DNA of 58,570 nt from Acidobacteriota bacterium. Lineage in GTDB: Bacteria > Acidobacteriota > UBA4820 > DSQY01. A program made the translations under genes and the position numbers. Positions 46,244 to 54,643 of the stretch are shown here, one piece after another (position 1 is the stretch's first letter; every line of letters starts with the position of its first letter). The DNA lies in assembly GCA_049967655.1 (NCBI GenBank), contig JBMFSH010000017.1:1-58570 (forward strand). The letters run 5' to 3'. The notes under the pieces were generated by a model, which saw only the letters and a program-made list of their open reading frames with translations, ran no database searches and was not told where the DNA came from.

Positions 46244-47872
46244 ATGGAAGCCCTCGAGACGAGCGCCGTTCGGTTGATGGTCTACCGGATGGTGATCATC
46301 CTCACCTTCTTCCTCAGCGCGCTGGGGATCCAGGCCTTCCTGGGAGCCGAGGCCTACCTCAGGCCCTTCTACTACATCATCGCCTTCGTCCTGGCCCAGA
46401 ATCTCCTCTACACCGTCATCTATCTCTCCGCCCGCTCGCTCAGGGACCGGCCGTTCTTCATCATCGTCCAGCTCTTCGGTGACGTGCTGACGGTGACGCT
46501 CTTGGCCCTCTTCACGGGGGGCATCCAGAGCATCTTCACCTTCCTCTACCACCTGCTCATCGTGGTCGCGGGATACCTCCTGCGCAAGCGAGGGGCCTTC
46601 ACCATGGCGGTGATCAACGCGCTGGTGTACGGGCTCCTCTGCGTCGCCCTCTTCTACCAATGGGTCGACCCCGGTAGGCTGGGCGGGAGCTTCCCCTACG
46701 AGCCTCCCACGGCTGGCTCGGCCCTCTATTCGCTCCTCGCCAACTACGTCGGTTTCTTCCTCATCGCCGCGCTCATCACCATCATGTCGGGGCGCCTCGA
46801 ATCCACCCGCAAGGCGCTGGGTGTCATGGAGAGGGATTTCACCACCCTCCAGAGCCTGAACGAGCAGATCCTCTCGTCGCTCACCTGGGGGGTGGTCACC
46901 ACCGACGCCCAGGGCCGCGTCACCTATTCCAACCCCGCGGCCATGCGGCTGCTGGGCGAAACCCTTCCCGCCGGATGGGACTTCGACGCCCACCTCCAGG
47001 CCCTGGGCCACCGGGGCCGCTCCGCCCTGGATCCGGAGGCTCCCGAGGGACGGGAGCTGGAGCTGGCCGTGGCGGGCGGAGAGCGGCACCTCTCCATCGT
47101 CACCGCCCCTCTCCGCTCCGGTCCCTCCGCCCTGGGCTACCTGGCGCTCATCCGCGACCAGACCGAGGTGGTGAAGCTGAGGGAACAACTGGCGTTGAAG
47201 GAGCGGCTCATGGCGACGGGGGCCATGGCCGCGGACATCGCCCACGAGATCAAGAACCCTCTGGGCAGCATCTTCGGCGCCGCCCAGATGCTCAAGAGGC
47301 AGGCACCCGATGAGAGCAGCGAGCACGCCCTGCTGGCCATCATCCAGGAGGAGAGCCGCCGCCTGACCGAGATCCTCAACAACTTCCTCCGTTACGTGAA
47401 ACCCCCGCAGATCCGGAGGCAACCGCTCGACCTGACGGCCCTGGCGGGAGAGGTCGTGACCCTCTTCCGGAACGACTCGGCGAACCCTTCGGGGCTGGTC
47501 GTCCAGCTTGCCCTCCCGGGCCATCCGGTGGAGGTCTCGGCCGATGCGGACCGGGTCCGGCAGGCCCTCTGGAACCTCCTCACCAACGCCAGAAAGGCGG
47601 TGAAGGCGGAGGGGGTCGTCCGCGTTTCTTTAACGCGCTCCAGCCTAGACGCTATACTGGAGGTGGAGGACAACGGCGAGGGCATGAGGAATTCCCTGAT
47701 CCCCACCTACTTCCAGCCGTTCCGCCACGGTTTCGCGCAGGGTTCGGGCCTGGGCCTCTCGGTGGTCTACCAGATCATGGAAGAGCACCGGGGCCGCGTC
47801 GAGATCGAATCGGCCCTCGGGAGGGGAACGCGCTGCCGGCTCCTCTTCCCTCTGGAGGCGGCCCATGAGTGA
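46244..47872 (+). CDS. pilS: Sensor histidine kinase, PilS-like
   Basis: About 6 TM helices, PAS-like segment, AHEIKNPL, EDNGEG, GSGLGL; synteny with the pil genes. Confidence 0.8.
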   Translation: MEALETSAVRLMVYRMVIILTFFLSALGIQAFLGAEAYLRPFYYIIAFVLAQNLLYTVIYLSARSLRDRPFFIIVQLFGDVLTVTLLALFTGGIQSIFTFLYHLLIVVAGYLLRKRGAFTMAVINALVYGLLCVALFYQWVDPGRLGGSFPYEPPTAGSALYSLLANYVGFFLIAALITIMSGRLESTRKALGVMERDFTTLQSLNEQILSSLTWGVVTTDAQGRVTYSNPAAMRLLGETLPAGWDFDAHLQALGHRGRSALDPEAPEGRELELAVAGGERHLSIVTAPLRSGPSALGYLALIRDQTEVVKLREQLALKERLMATGAMAADIAHEIKNPLGSIFGAAQMLKRQAPDESSEHALLAIIQEESRRLTEILNNFLRYVKPPQIRRQPLDLTALAGEVVTLFRNDSANPSGLVVQLALPGHPVEVSADADRVRQALWNLLTNARKAVKAEGVVRVSLTRSSLDAILEVEDNGEGMRNSLIPTYFQPFRHGFAQGSGLGLSVVYQIMEEHRGRVEIESALGRGTRCRLLFPLEAAHE

Positions 47873-49244
47873 CCGCGTTCTGGTCGTGGACGACGAGACC
47901 TCCATGCGGCGCATGCTGGAGATCCTCTTCCGGGACGAGGGGTACGAGGTCCAGACCGCGGAGAGCGCCGAGCGGGCGCTGGCAGCCCTCGGCTCCACGC
48001 CGTTCGACGTCGTGATCTCGGACATCCGCATGCCGGGGCTCTCGGGCATGGACCTCCTGCGCCGGCTCAAGACCGACGATTCCCAGGCCGAAGTGATCCT
48101 CATGACCGCCTACGCGAGCACCGATTCGGCCATCGAAGCCCTAAAGCTGGGCGCCTTCGACTACGTCACCAAGCCCTTCCAGGTGGAGGAGCTGGTCAAC
48201 ATCGTCCGGCACGCCATCGAGAAGAAGACGCTCAGGGAGGAAAACGTCCTCCTCAAGGTCCAACTGGCCCACCAGGAGCGCTTCGGAGAGATCGTCGGCC
48301 AGAGCCGGCCCATGCAGGAGATCTACGCCCTGATCGAGCGCATCGCCCCCACGGCGAGCACCGTCCTCGTCCAGGGCGAGAGCGGCACGGGCAAGGAGCT
48401 CATCGCCAGGACCATCCACCAGCGCTCCCCCCGCGGCAAGCGCCCCTTCGTCGCCGTCAACTGCGGAGGGCTCACCGAGACCCTCCTGGAGAGCGAGCTC
48501 TTCGGCCATGTCAAAGGGGCCTTCACGGGGGCCTACGCCACCAAGAAGGGCTTCTTCGACCTGGCCGAAGGGGGAACCATCTTCCTGGATGAAATCGGCG
48601 AGATGTCCCCCACCATGCAGGTCAAGCTGTTGCGGGCCTTGCAGGAGCGCCGCATCCGCCCCGTGGGGGGCGACGGCGAGCACCCCGTGGACGCGCGGGT
48701 CATCGCGGCCACCAACGAGGACCTCCAGCGGATGATCCAGGAGAAGCGGTTCCGGGAGGACCTCTACTACCGCATTAAGGTCCACTCCATCGCGGTGCCG
48801 CCGCTCCGGAACCGAGGTGAGGACATCCCCCTGCTGGCCAGGAGCTTCATGGAGAAACATGCCAGGCTCATGGGCAGGGCCATCCCGAGCCTGTCGGCGG
48901 AGGCGCTCAAGGCCCTCGAAAGCTACGGCTGGCCGGGCAACGTGCGGGAACTCGAGAACGTGGTGGAGCGGGCCATGGCCCTCGCCGAGGGGCGCATCGA
49001 GACGCGCCACCTGCCCGAGGAGGTGGTAAGCTTCCGCCTGACCCAGCCCCCGGGGGAGATCCAGATCCCCGAGAGCGGGTTCGACCTCACCGAGGTGGTG
49101 GAGCAGACCCGCGCCCGTTACATCCAGAAGGCCCTGGAACTCGAAGGGGGCGTCATGGTCAGGGCGGCCCAGCGGTTGGGAATCACCTTCCGCTCCATGC
49201 GCTACTTCGTCAAGAAGTACCGCCTCAACGCGAAAGAAGCCTAA
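47865..49244 (+). CDS. pilR: Sigma54-dependent response regulator, PilR-like
   Basis: REC domain, GESGTGKE, GAFTGA, LGITFRSMRY. Confidence 0.85.
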   Translation: MSDRVLVVDDETSMRRMLEILFRDEGYEVQTAESAERALAALGSTPFDVVISDIRMPGLSGMDLLRRLKTDDSQAEVILMTAYASTDSAIEALKLGAFDYVTKPFQVEELVNIVRHAIEKKTLREENVLLKVQLAHQERFGEIVGQSRPMQEIYALIERIAPTASTVLVQGESGTGKELIARTIHQRSPRGKRPFVAVNCGGLTETLLESELFGHVKGAFTGAYATKKGFFDLAEGGTIFLDEIGEMSPTMQVKLLRALQERRIRPVGGDGEHPVDARVIAATNEDLQRMIQEKRFREDLYYRIKVHSIAVPPLRNRGEDIPLLARSFMEKHARLMGRAIPSLSAEALKALESYGWPGNVRELENVVERAMALAEGRIETRHLPEEVVSFRLTQPPGEIQIPESGFDLTEVVEQTRARYIQKALELEGGVMVRAAQRLGITFRSMRYFVKKYRLNAKEA

Positions 49245-49246
49245 GA

Positions 49247-50254
49247 ATGACCGACGCCGCCGCTTCCGCCCCCCCCGAACTGAGCCTCCTGGTTCCCCTC
49301 TACAACGAGGAGGAGAACCTGGAACCCCTGCTGGACCGCATCCAGGAGGAGATGGCCCGCTTGGGGCGGAGCTACGAGGTCGTGCTCGTGGACGACGGCT
49401 CCCGCGACGGCACGGTGGCGCGCCTCAAGAGCGCCGTCGCCCAGCGCCCTCACCTTCGCGTCGTCCTCCTCCGGCGCAATTCGGGCCAGACCGCCGCCCT
49501 CGCGGCGGCCATCGAGCACTCCCGCGGCGCCATCCTCGTTCCCCTGGACGGCGACCTCCAGAATGATCCCGCCGACATCCCGAAGCTCATCGCCAAGCTC
49601 GACGAGGGCTTCGACGTGGCCAGCGGCTGGCGCCGCCGCCGCCGGGACCCCTTCTTCACGCGCATTCTGCCCTCGAAGATGGCCAACGGGCTCATCTCCC
49701 TCATCTCTGGCGTCAAGCTCCACGACTACGGCTGCACCCTCAAGGCCTACCGGCGCGAGGTGCTCGCCCCCGTGGTGCTGCTGGGCGAGATGCACCGCTT
49801 CATCCCCATCCTGGCCACCTGGCAGGGGGCCCGGGTGGCCGAGGTGGAGGTCACCCACCACCCCCGCGTGGCGGGCAAGAGCAAGTACGGCCTGGGGCGC
49901 ACCCTCAAGGTCGTCCTCGACCTCCTGACCATCAAATTCATGGGCTCCTTCCTCACCAAGCCCATCTACGCCTTCGGCGGGGCCGGCGTGGGGCTCTGGT
50001 TCCTCTCGGCCCTCCTGGCCGCTTTCACGCTCTGGCAAAAGCTTGCCTACGGCGTCTGGGTCCACAAGAACCCCCTCCTCCTCGTGGCCATCTTCATCGC
50101 CCTCGTGGGGATGCAGCTCATCATGATGGGCCTTCTGGGCGAGCTCCTCATCCGCATCTACTTCGCCAGCTCCAAGACCACCCCCTACGTCATCCGAGAG
50201 GTGTTGGAGTCGCACAGGGGCGGTGGAGAGTGGAGCGTGGAGGGTGAAGGGTGA
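49247..50254 (+). CDS. GT2 glycosyltransferase (polyprenol-phosphate glycosyltransferase-like)
   Basis: VPLYNEE, VDDGSRD, LDGDLQNDP, two C-terminal TM helices. Confidence 0.9.
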   Translation: MTDAAASAPPELSLLVPLYNEEENLEPLLDRIQEEMARLGRSYEVVLVDDGSRDGTVARLKSAVAQRPHLRVVLLRRNSGQTAALAAAIEHSRGAILVPLDGDLQNDPADIPKLIAKLDEGFDVASGWRRRRRDPFFTRILPSKMANGLISLISGVKLHDYGCTLKAYRREVLAPVVLLGEMHRFIPILATWQGARVAEVEVTHHPRVAGKSKYGLGRTLKVVLDLLTIKFMGSFLTKPIYAFGGAGVGLWFLSALLAAFTLWQKLAYGVWVHKNPLLLVAIFIALVGMQLIMMGLLGELLIRIYFASSKTTPYVIREVLESHRGGGEWSVEGEG

Positions 50255-50426
50255 GGAGCAGGGAGCCGATGGCCCATCGGCCAGCAGCCATGGACTCAAG
50301 AAGAATCATGGCCCGCCGGTGGGGCGGGCGCCCTCGCCCGCCTCTCCTCAGTCCCAAGCAGACCCGCCACCTTCCCTTGGCTTCGCGGCCGAGGGCGGCC
50401 GCGCCACGGGCAAGGGGGAGTAGGTC

Positions 50427-52298
50427 ATGTGCGGCATCGCGGGCTTCGCGCTGAACCGGCCGGCTGATCGCGAGGCGCTCGCGGCCATGACGCGAAGCCT
50501 CGTGCACCGGGGCCCCGACGGGGAAGGCTTCTTCGTGGAGGAGGGCGTGGGGCTGGGCCACCGGCGCCTGGCGATCCTGGACCTGCCGGGGGGTGCCCAG
50601 CCCATGGCCAACGAGTCGGGCTCGGTGGTCGTGGTCTTCAACGGCGAGATCTACAACTTCCAGGCCCTGCGCGCGGAGCTGGAGGCCAAGGGACACCGCT
50701 TCGCCACGCGCTCCGACACGGAGGTCCTCGTGCACCTCTACGAGGAGGAGGGCGAGGACTTCCTCCCCAGGCTGAACGGCATCTTCGCCTTCGCCCTCTA
50801 CGACCGACAGCGCCGGAGCCTCCTACTGGCAAGGGACCCGCTGGGGGTGAAACCGCTCTACTACGCCGAGGTGCCGGGAGGGCTCCTGTTCGGCTCCGAG
50901 CTCAAGGCCCTGCGCGCCCATCCCGACTTCCCGACCGACCTGGACCTGGGCGCCCTGAAGGCCTACTTGACCTGCGAATACGTCCCCGCGCCCCTCTCCA
51001 TCTACCGCTCGGCCAAAAAGCTCCTGCCCGGCCACGCGCTGCTGGCGGGACCGGAGGGAATCCGGCTGCGTTCTTACTGGCACTGGGCCATTCCTCAGAC
51101 GCCCGGACTCTCCAGGGATGAGGCCGTCGAGAGACTGCGATACGAGGTACAGCGGAGCGTCAAGGGACAGCTCATCTCCGACGTGCCCCTGGGGGTGTTC
51201 CTGAGCGGCGGCGTGGACTCCAGCATCGTCGCCGCCTGCATGGTGGAGGCGGGGGGCCGCGTGGAGAGCTTCTCCATCGGCTTCGAGGAGCCCTCCTTCG
51301 ACGAGAGCGCGTACGCCCGGACGGCGGCTCGGCACCTGGGCTGCGTGCACCACGAGCACCTCTTCAGCGAAGGCGAGCTACTGACCGAGGTGCCGCGCGT
51401 GCTCGGCCTTCTGGACGAACCCTTCGCCGACCCCTCCCTCTTTCCCACCGCCCTGCTCTCCCGCTTCGCCCGTCAGCGCGTGACGGTGGCCCTGGGCGGG
51501 GACGGGGGAGACGAGCTGTTCGCGGGCTACCCGACCTACTGGGTGCACCACCACTTCGGCCTCTACCGGTCCGCGCCGGGATGGGCGCGACGCGCCGGGC
51601 TGGCCGCCGCGGACCGCCTCCTGCCCGTCTCCCACGCCAACCTCACCCTGCCCTACAAGCTCCGCAAGTTCAGGGACGGGGCCGAGCATCCGATGCCGCT
51701 GAGGCACCACCTCTGGCTCGGCTCGTGGACCCCGGAGCGGCTGGCCCGGCTCATCCCCGACGGCGAAGCCGCGCCGCTTCCCGAACAGTGGATCCCCCCG
51801 GCGCCGAAGGGCGATCCCGTCACCTCGGCCCAGTGGCTCGACCTCCACACCTATCTGCAGGAGGACATCCTCGCCAAGGTGGACAGGGCCAGCATGATGG
51901 CCTCCCTGGAAGCCCGGGTGCCCCTGCTCGATCCCGCAATCGTCCGCCTCGCCTTCGCCATGCCCCACAACTGGAAGCTCAAGGAGCGCGCGGGCAAGGC
52001 GGTCTTCAAGGAGGCCTTCGCCGGCCGCTTCCCGAAGGGCTTCCTCGACCGCCCCAAGAAGGGCTTCGGCATCCCCATCGCCCGCTGGCTCACGGGCCCC
52101 CTGCGTCCCATGGCCGAGGAGCTGCTCTCCGACGAGGTGCTGGGCCGGGTCTCCTTCCTGGAACCGGCCGAACCCCGCCGCCTCTGGCGCGAGCACCTCG
52201 CCCGCAAGGCCGACCACCGCAAACCCCTCTGGACCCTGCTCTGTTTTCTCGATTGGTGGCGGAGGGACCACGAGCGGATAGGAGGAAGGAGCGAATGA
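50427..52298 (+). CDS. asnB: Asparagine synthase (glutamine-hydrolysing) family amidotransferase
   Basis: MCGIAG, HRGPD, FNGEIYN, LSGGVDSS, GDGGDELFAGY. Confidence 0.9.
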   Translation: MCGIAGFALNRPADREALAAMTRSLVHRGPDGEGFFVEEGVGLGHRRLAILDLPGGAQPMANESGSVVVVFNGEIYNFQALRAELEAKGHRFATRSDTEVLVHLYEEEGEDFLPRLNGIFAFALYDRQRRSLLLARDPLGVKPLYYAEVPGGLLFGSELKALRAHPDFPTDLDLGALKAYLTCEYVPAPLSIYRSAKKLLPGHALLAGPEGIRLRSYWHWAIPQTPGLSRDEAVERLRYEVQRSVKGQLISDVPLGVFLSGGVDSSIVAACMVEAGGRVESFSIGFEEPSFDESAYARTAARHLGCVHHEHLFSEGELLTEVPRVLGLLDEPFADPSLFPTALLSRFARQRVTVALGGDGGDELFAGYPTYWVHHHFGLYRSAPGWARRAGLAAADRLLPVSHANLTLPYKLRKFRDGAEHPMPLRHHLWLGSWTPERLARLIPDGEAAPLPEQWIPPAPKGDPVTSAQWLDLHTYLQEDILAKVDRASMMASLEARVPLLDPAIVRLAFAMPHNWKLKERAGKAVFKEAFAGRFPKGFLDRPKKGFGIPIARWLTGPLRPMAEELLSDEVLGRVSFLEPAEPRRLWREHLARKADHRKPLWTLLCFLDWWRRDHERIGGRSE

Positions 52299-52369
52299 GC
52301 GGCCCAAAGCGAGGAATCCCTTCCCGTGGCGCGGGCGTCGTCTCCGCCCACCATAGCCTCCCGCTAAGC

Positions 52370-52467
52370 CGTGGGGCGGGCGCCCCCGCCCGCCATACCC
52401 CCACTCCGCCGAGCCATGGGGTGGGCGCCCCCGCCCGCCGCTCTCGCGCTCTGGAGAGCGCTCCTAC
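52370..52467. repeat. Cluster of REP-like palindromes
   Basis: Two GGGCGCCCCCGCCCGCC-type units (related copies near 265-292 and 50319-50343) plus one GTAGGAGCGC unit. Confidence 0.8.
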
Positions 52468-52827
52468 AAGGGCATAGAGCATGCGAAGTCCCATTCGCCA
52501 TTCGCCACCCGAGACCCGACATTCCTTGGTGCCATTGGCACTGAGTCACGGTTGTTTAAAACAATTGCAGTTTATGGTTGAGCCGTTGGCTTCGCTTTTC
52601 GCTGCAGGCGAAAAGCGGCGTTCCGGCGCCGATGGGCCTCATGCAAGGAAGGTGAGGCGGCCGCACCGCAAGCGTACTCCCTGTACGCTGAGGATGCGGA
52701 CGCCGAAAGCTGACGAAGCAGGAGGTCCGTCGCCGCCGGCGCACCCGTTGAGGGTGGGGGGACGGTTCACACCAGATGAGGCTGGGTCTGGCGCCCGAAG
52801 GGCCGCTGAGGGACTGCGGCCGGAGCG

Positions 52828-52921
52828 CGGCCACGCTGGCGTGGACGCGCCCGGACCAGGCCCCCAGCGCCGCGCCCAAGGCGCGGCCCAGACCCAGCCG
52901 TCGTTCGGAGCCGATAAGGCG
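52828..52921 (+). repeat. About 95-bp dispersed repeat, copy of 27811-27904
   Basis: cggccacgct.gcgtggacgcgcccg.accaggcccccagcgccgcgcc...ggcgcggcc...acccagccgt.gttcggagccg..aaggcg in both copies. Confidence 0.88.
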
Positions 52922-54643
52922 GTCAACTGGGGACAGGCATGGGGGCTTGGTGGTGCTTCTTCCCTCCCGCCTTGGCCCGAGCTCCTGCTCGTGGTCCTCG
53001 TGGCGGCGGCGGCCTTCTTCGCCAGCTTCAAGGCCATTCAGGACCCCGACACCTTCTGGCACCTGGCCATCGGGAGGGAGATCTGGCAGACCCATCACCT
53101 CGTGCGCACGGAGACCTTCTCCTTCACCGCCAAGGGCGCCCCCTGGACCGACGAGGAGTGGCTCTTTCACCTCCTCTGCTACCCCCTGTGGCTGCTGGGC
53201 GGAGCCGCCCTGGCCAAGGGGCTCACGGCCGCCTGCGCCGCCCTGGGCGTCCTGGGGGCCTACCGCTGCGCCCGCCTCAACGGCGGAAGTGCCCCCGGCC
53301 TGGCGCTCTTTGTCCTGCCTCTCTTGGCCGTTTACGGCGAGCGCTTCCGCTACCGGCCGGAGATCTTCTCGCTGGTGCTGATGGTGCTCCTCCTGGCGAT
53401 CCTCCTGAAATCCGAGGCCTCGCCCTCGGGCCTTCACCGCGCCCTTCCCTGGCTGCTCGCGCTCTTCCTGCTCTGGGTGCAGATCCACGGCGCCTGGGCC
53501 TACGGGCTGGTGCTGACGGCGGCCTTCCTAGCCGGGGGGCTCGTGGACCAGTGGAAGGAGGGCGCCCTCACGCTCAAGGATGCCCTTCACAGCGCGGGCG
53601 TCGTCCTGGCCTGCTGGGCCATCACCCTGATCAACCCCTTCGGCTGGCGCCTCACCCTCTTCCCCTTGAAGCACGCGCTGGACCTGCTGAACCACAGGGC
53701 CTACGTGCCCATCGCCGAGTGGGTGAGGACGCCCCTCACCGGCGTCTACGCGCTCTTCGCGGCCATGGCGGCCGCCACGCTGCTGGCCCAGCTCTTCGTC
53801 CGACCGCGCCGCTGGTCTTCCATTCTCGTGGTCGCCAGCCAGGTGGCGCTGGGCCTCTATTGGGTCCGCTACGCGGCCTACGCCGTGATCACCCTGGCCC
53901 CCTTCGCCGCCCGCTCCCTCCAGCCGCTCCTCGACCGCCGCAGGCTACAGACCGCCGCCTACGCCCTCGGCATCCCCCTGGCCGCCTGGGTGGTCGGCTG
54001 GCAGGCCCTCCACCCGCCGCTCTACCCGCCCATGGCCGAGCGCTACCCCGTCCAGGAGGCGGCCTTCCTGAAGCGCGTGGACTTTTCGGGGAACCTCTAC
54101 CACGAATTCCGCGTGGGCGGCTACCTGGAGTGGGCCCTCGACCACCAGGCCAAGGTCTTCTTCGACGGGCGCTTCGGCCCCTTCAACGAGGCTGGGGTGG
54201 CCTACTATCAAGCCCACCGCTCCATTCCCGCCTTCGAGGCCTTCCTGGCCCACTACCCCTTCGACGCGGCCCTCTATTCGTACAAGGACTTCACCTTCAA
54301 GGGCCCGCCCGGCACCCCGCCCCGCGGCCCCTCCGCCGTCCTCTTCCCGCCGGAATCCTGGGTCATGGTGGACTTCGGCCCCTACGGCATGGTGCTCGCC
54401 AAGCGCGAACCAGCCAACCAGGCCCTCATCCAGAAGGATGGCTACCCGCTCCTCCGCCTGGACGACCTGCCCTACCTCCTCTGGAGCGCCGAACACGGAA
54501 CCATCCCGCGGCAGGCCCTGAACGCCGAACTGGAGCGGGCCCTCAATGCGAGTCCGCCCCCGATGATTTACAAGGTCTTGGAGGCGGCCCTCACCCGGTT
54601 GCACGCTCCGTCGAAGGCCGTTCAACTCCCCTCGGGCAAGTGA
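52841..54643 (+). CDS. Polytopic membrane protein (possible GT-C fold glycosyltransferase); start uncertain
   Basis: DPDTFWHLAIG, many TM helices, RPEIFS, INPFG, GGYLEW..FFDGR; recognisable part begins near 52960. Confidence 0.7.
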   Translation: MDAPGPGPQRRAQGAAQTQPSFGADKAVNWGQAWGLGGASSLPPWPELLLVVLVAAAAFFASFKAIQDPDTFWHLAIGREIWQTHHLVRTETFSFTAKGAPWTDEEWLFHLLCYPLWLLGGAALAKGLTAACAALGVLGAYRCARLNGGSAPGLALFVLPLLAVYGERFRYRPEIFSLVLMVLLLAILLKSEASPSGLHRALPWLLALFLLWVQIHGAWAYGLVLTAAFLAGGLVDQWKEGALTLKDALHSAGVVLACWAITLINPFGWRLTLFPLKHALDLLNHRAYVPIAEWVRTPLTGVYALFAAMAAATLLAQLFVRPRRWSSILVVASQVALGLYWVRYAAYAVITLAPFAARSLQPLLDRRRLQTAAYALGIPLAAWVVGWQALHPPLYPPMAERYPVQEAAFLKRVDFSGNLYHEFRVGGYLEWALDHQAKVFFDGRFGPFNEAGVAYYQAHRSIPAFEAFLAHYPFDAALYSYKDFTFKGPPGTPPRGPSAVLFPPESWVMVDFGPYGMVLAKREPANQALIQKDGYPLLRLDDLPYLLWSAEHGTIPRQALNAELERALNASPPPMIYKVLEAALTRLHAPSKAVQLPSGK

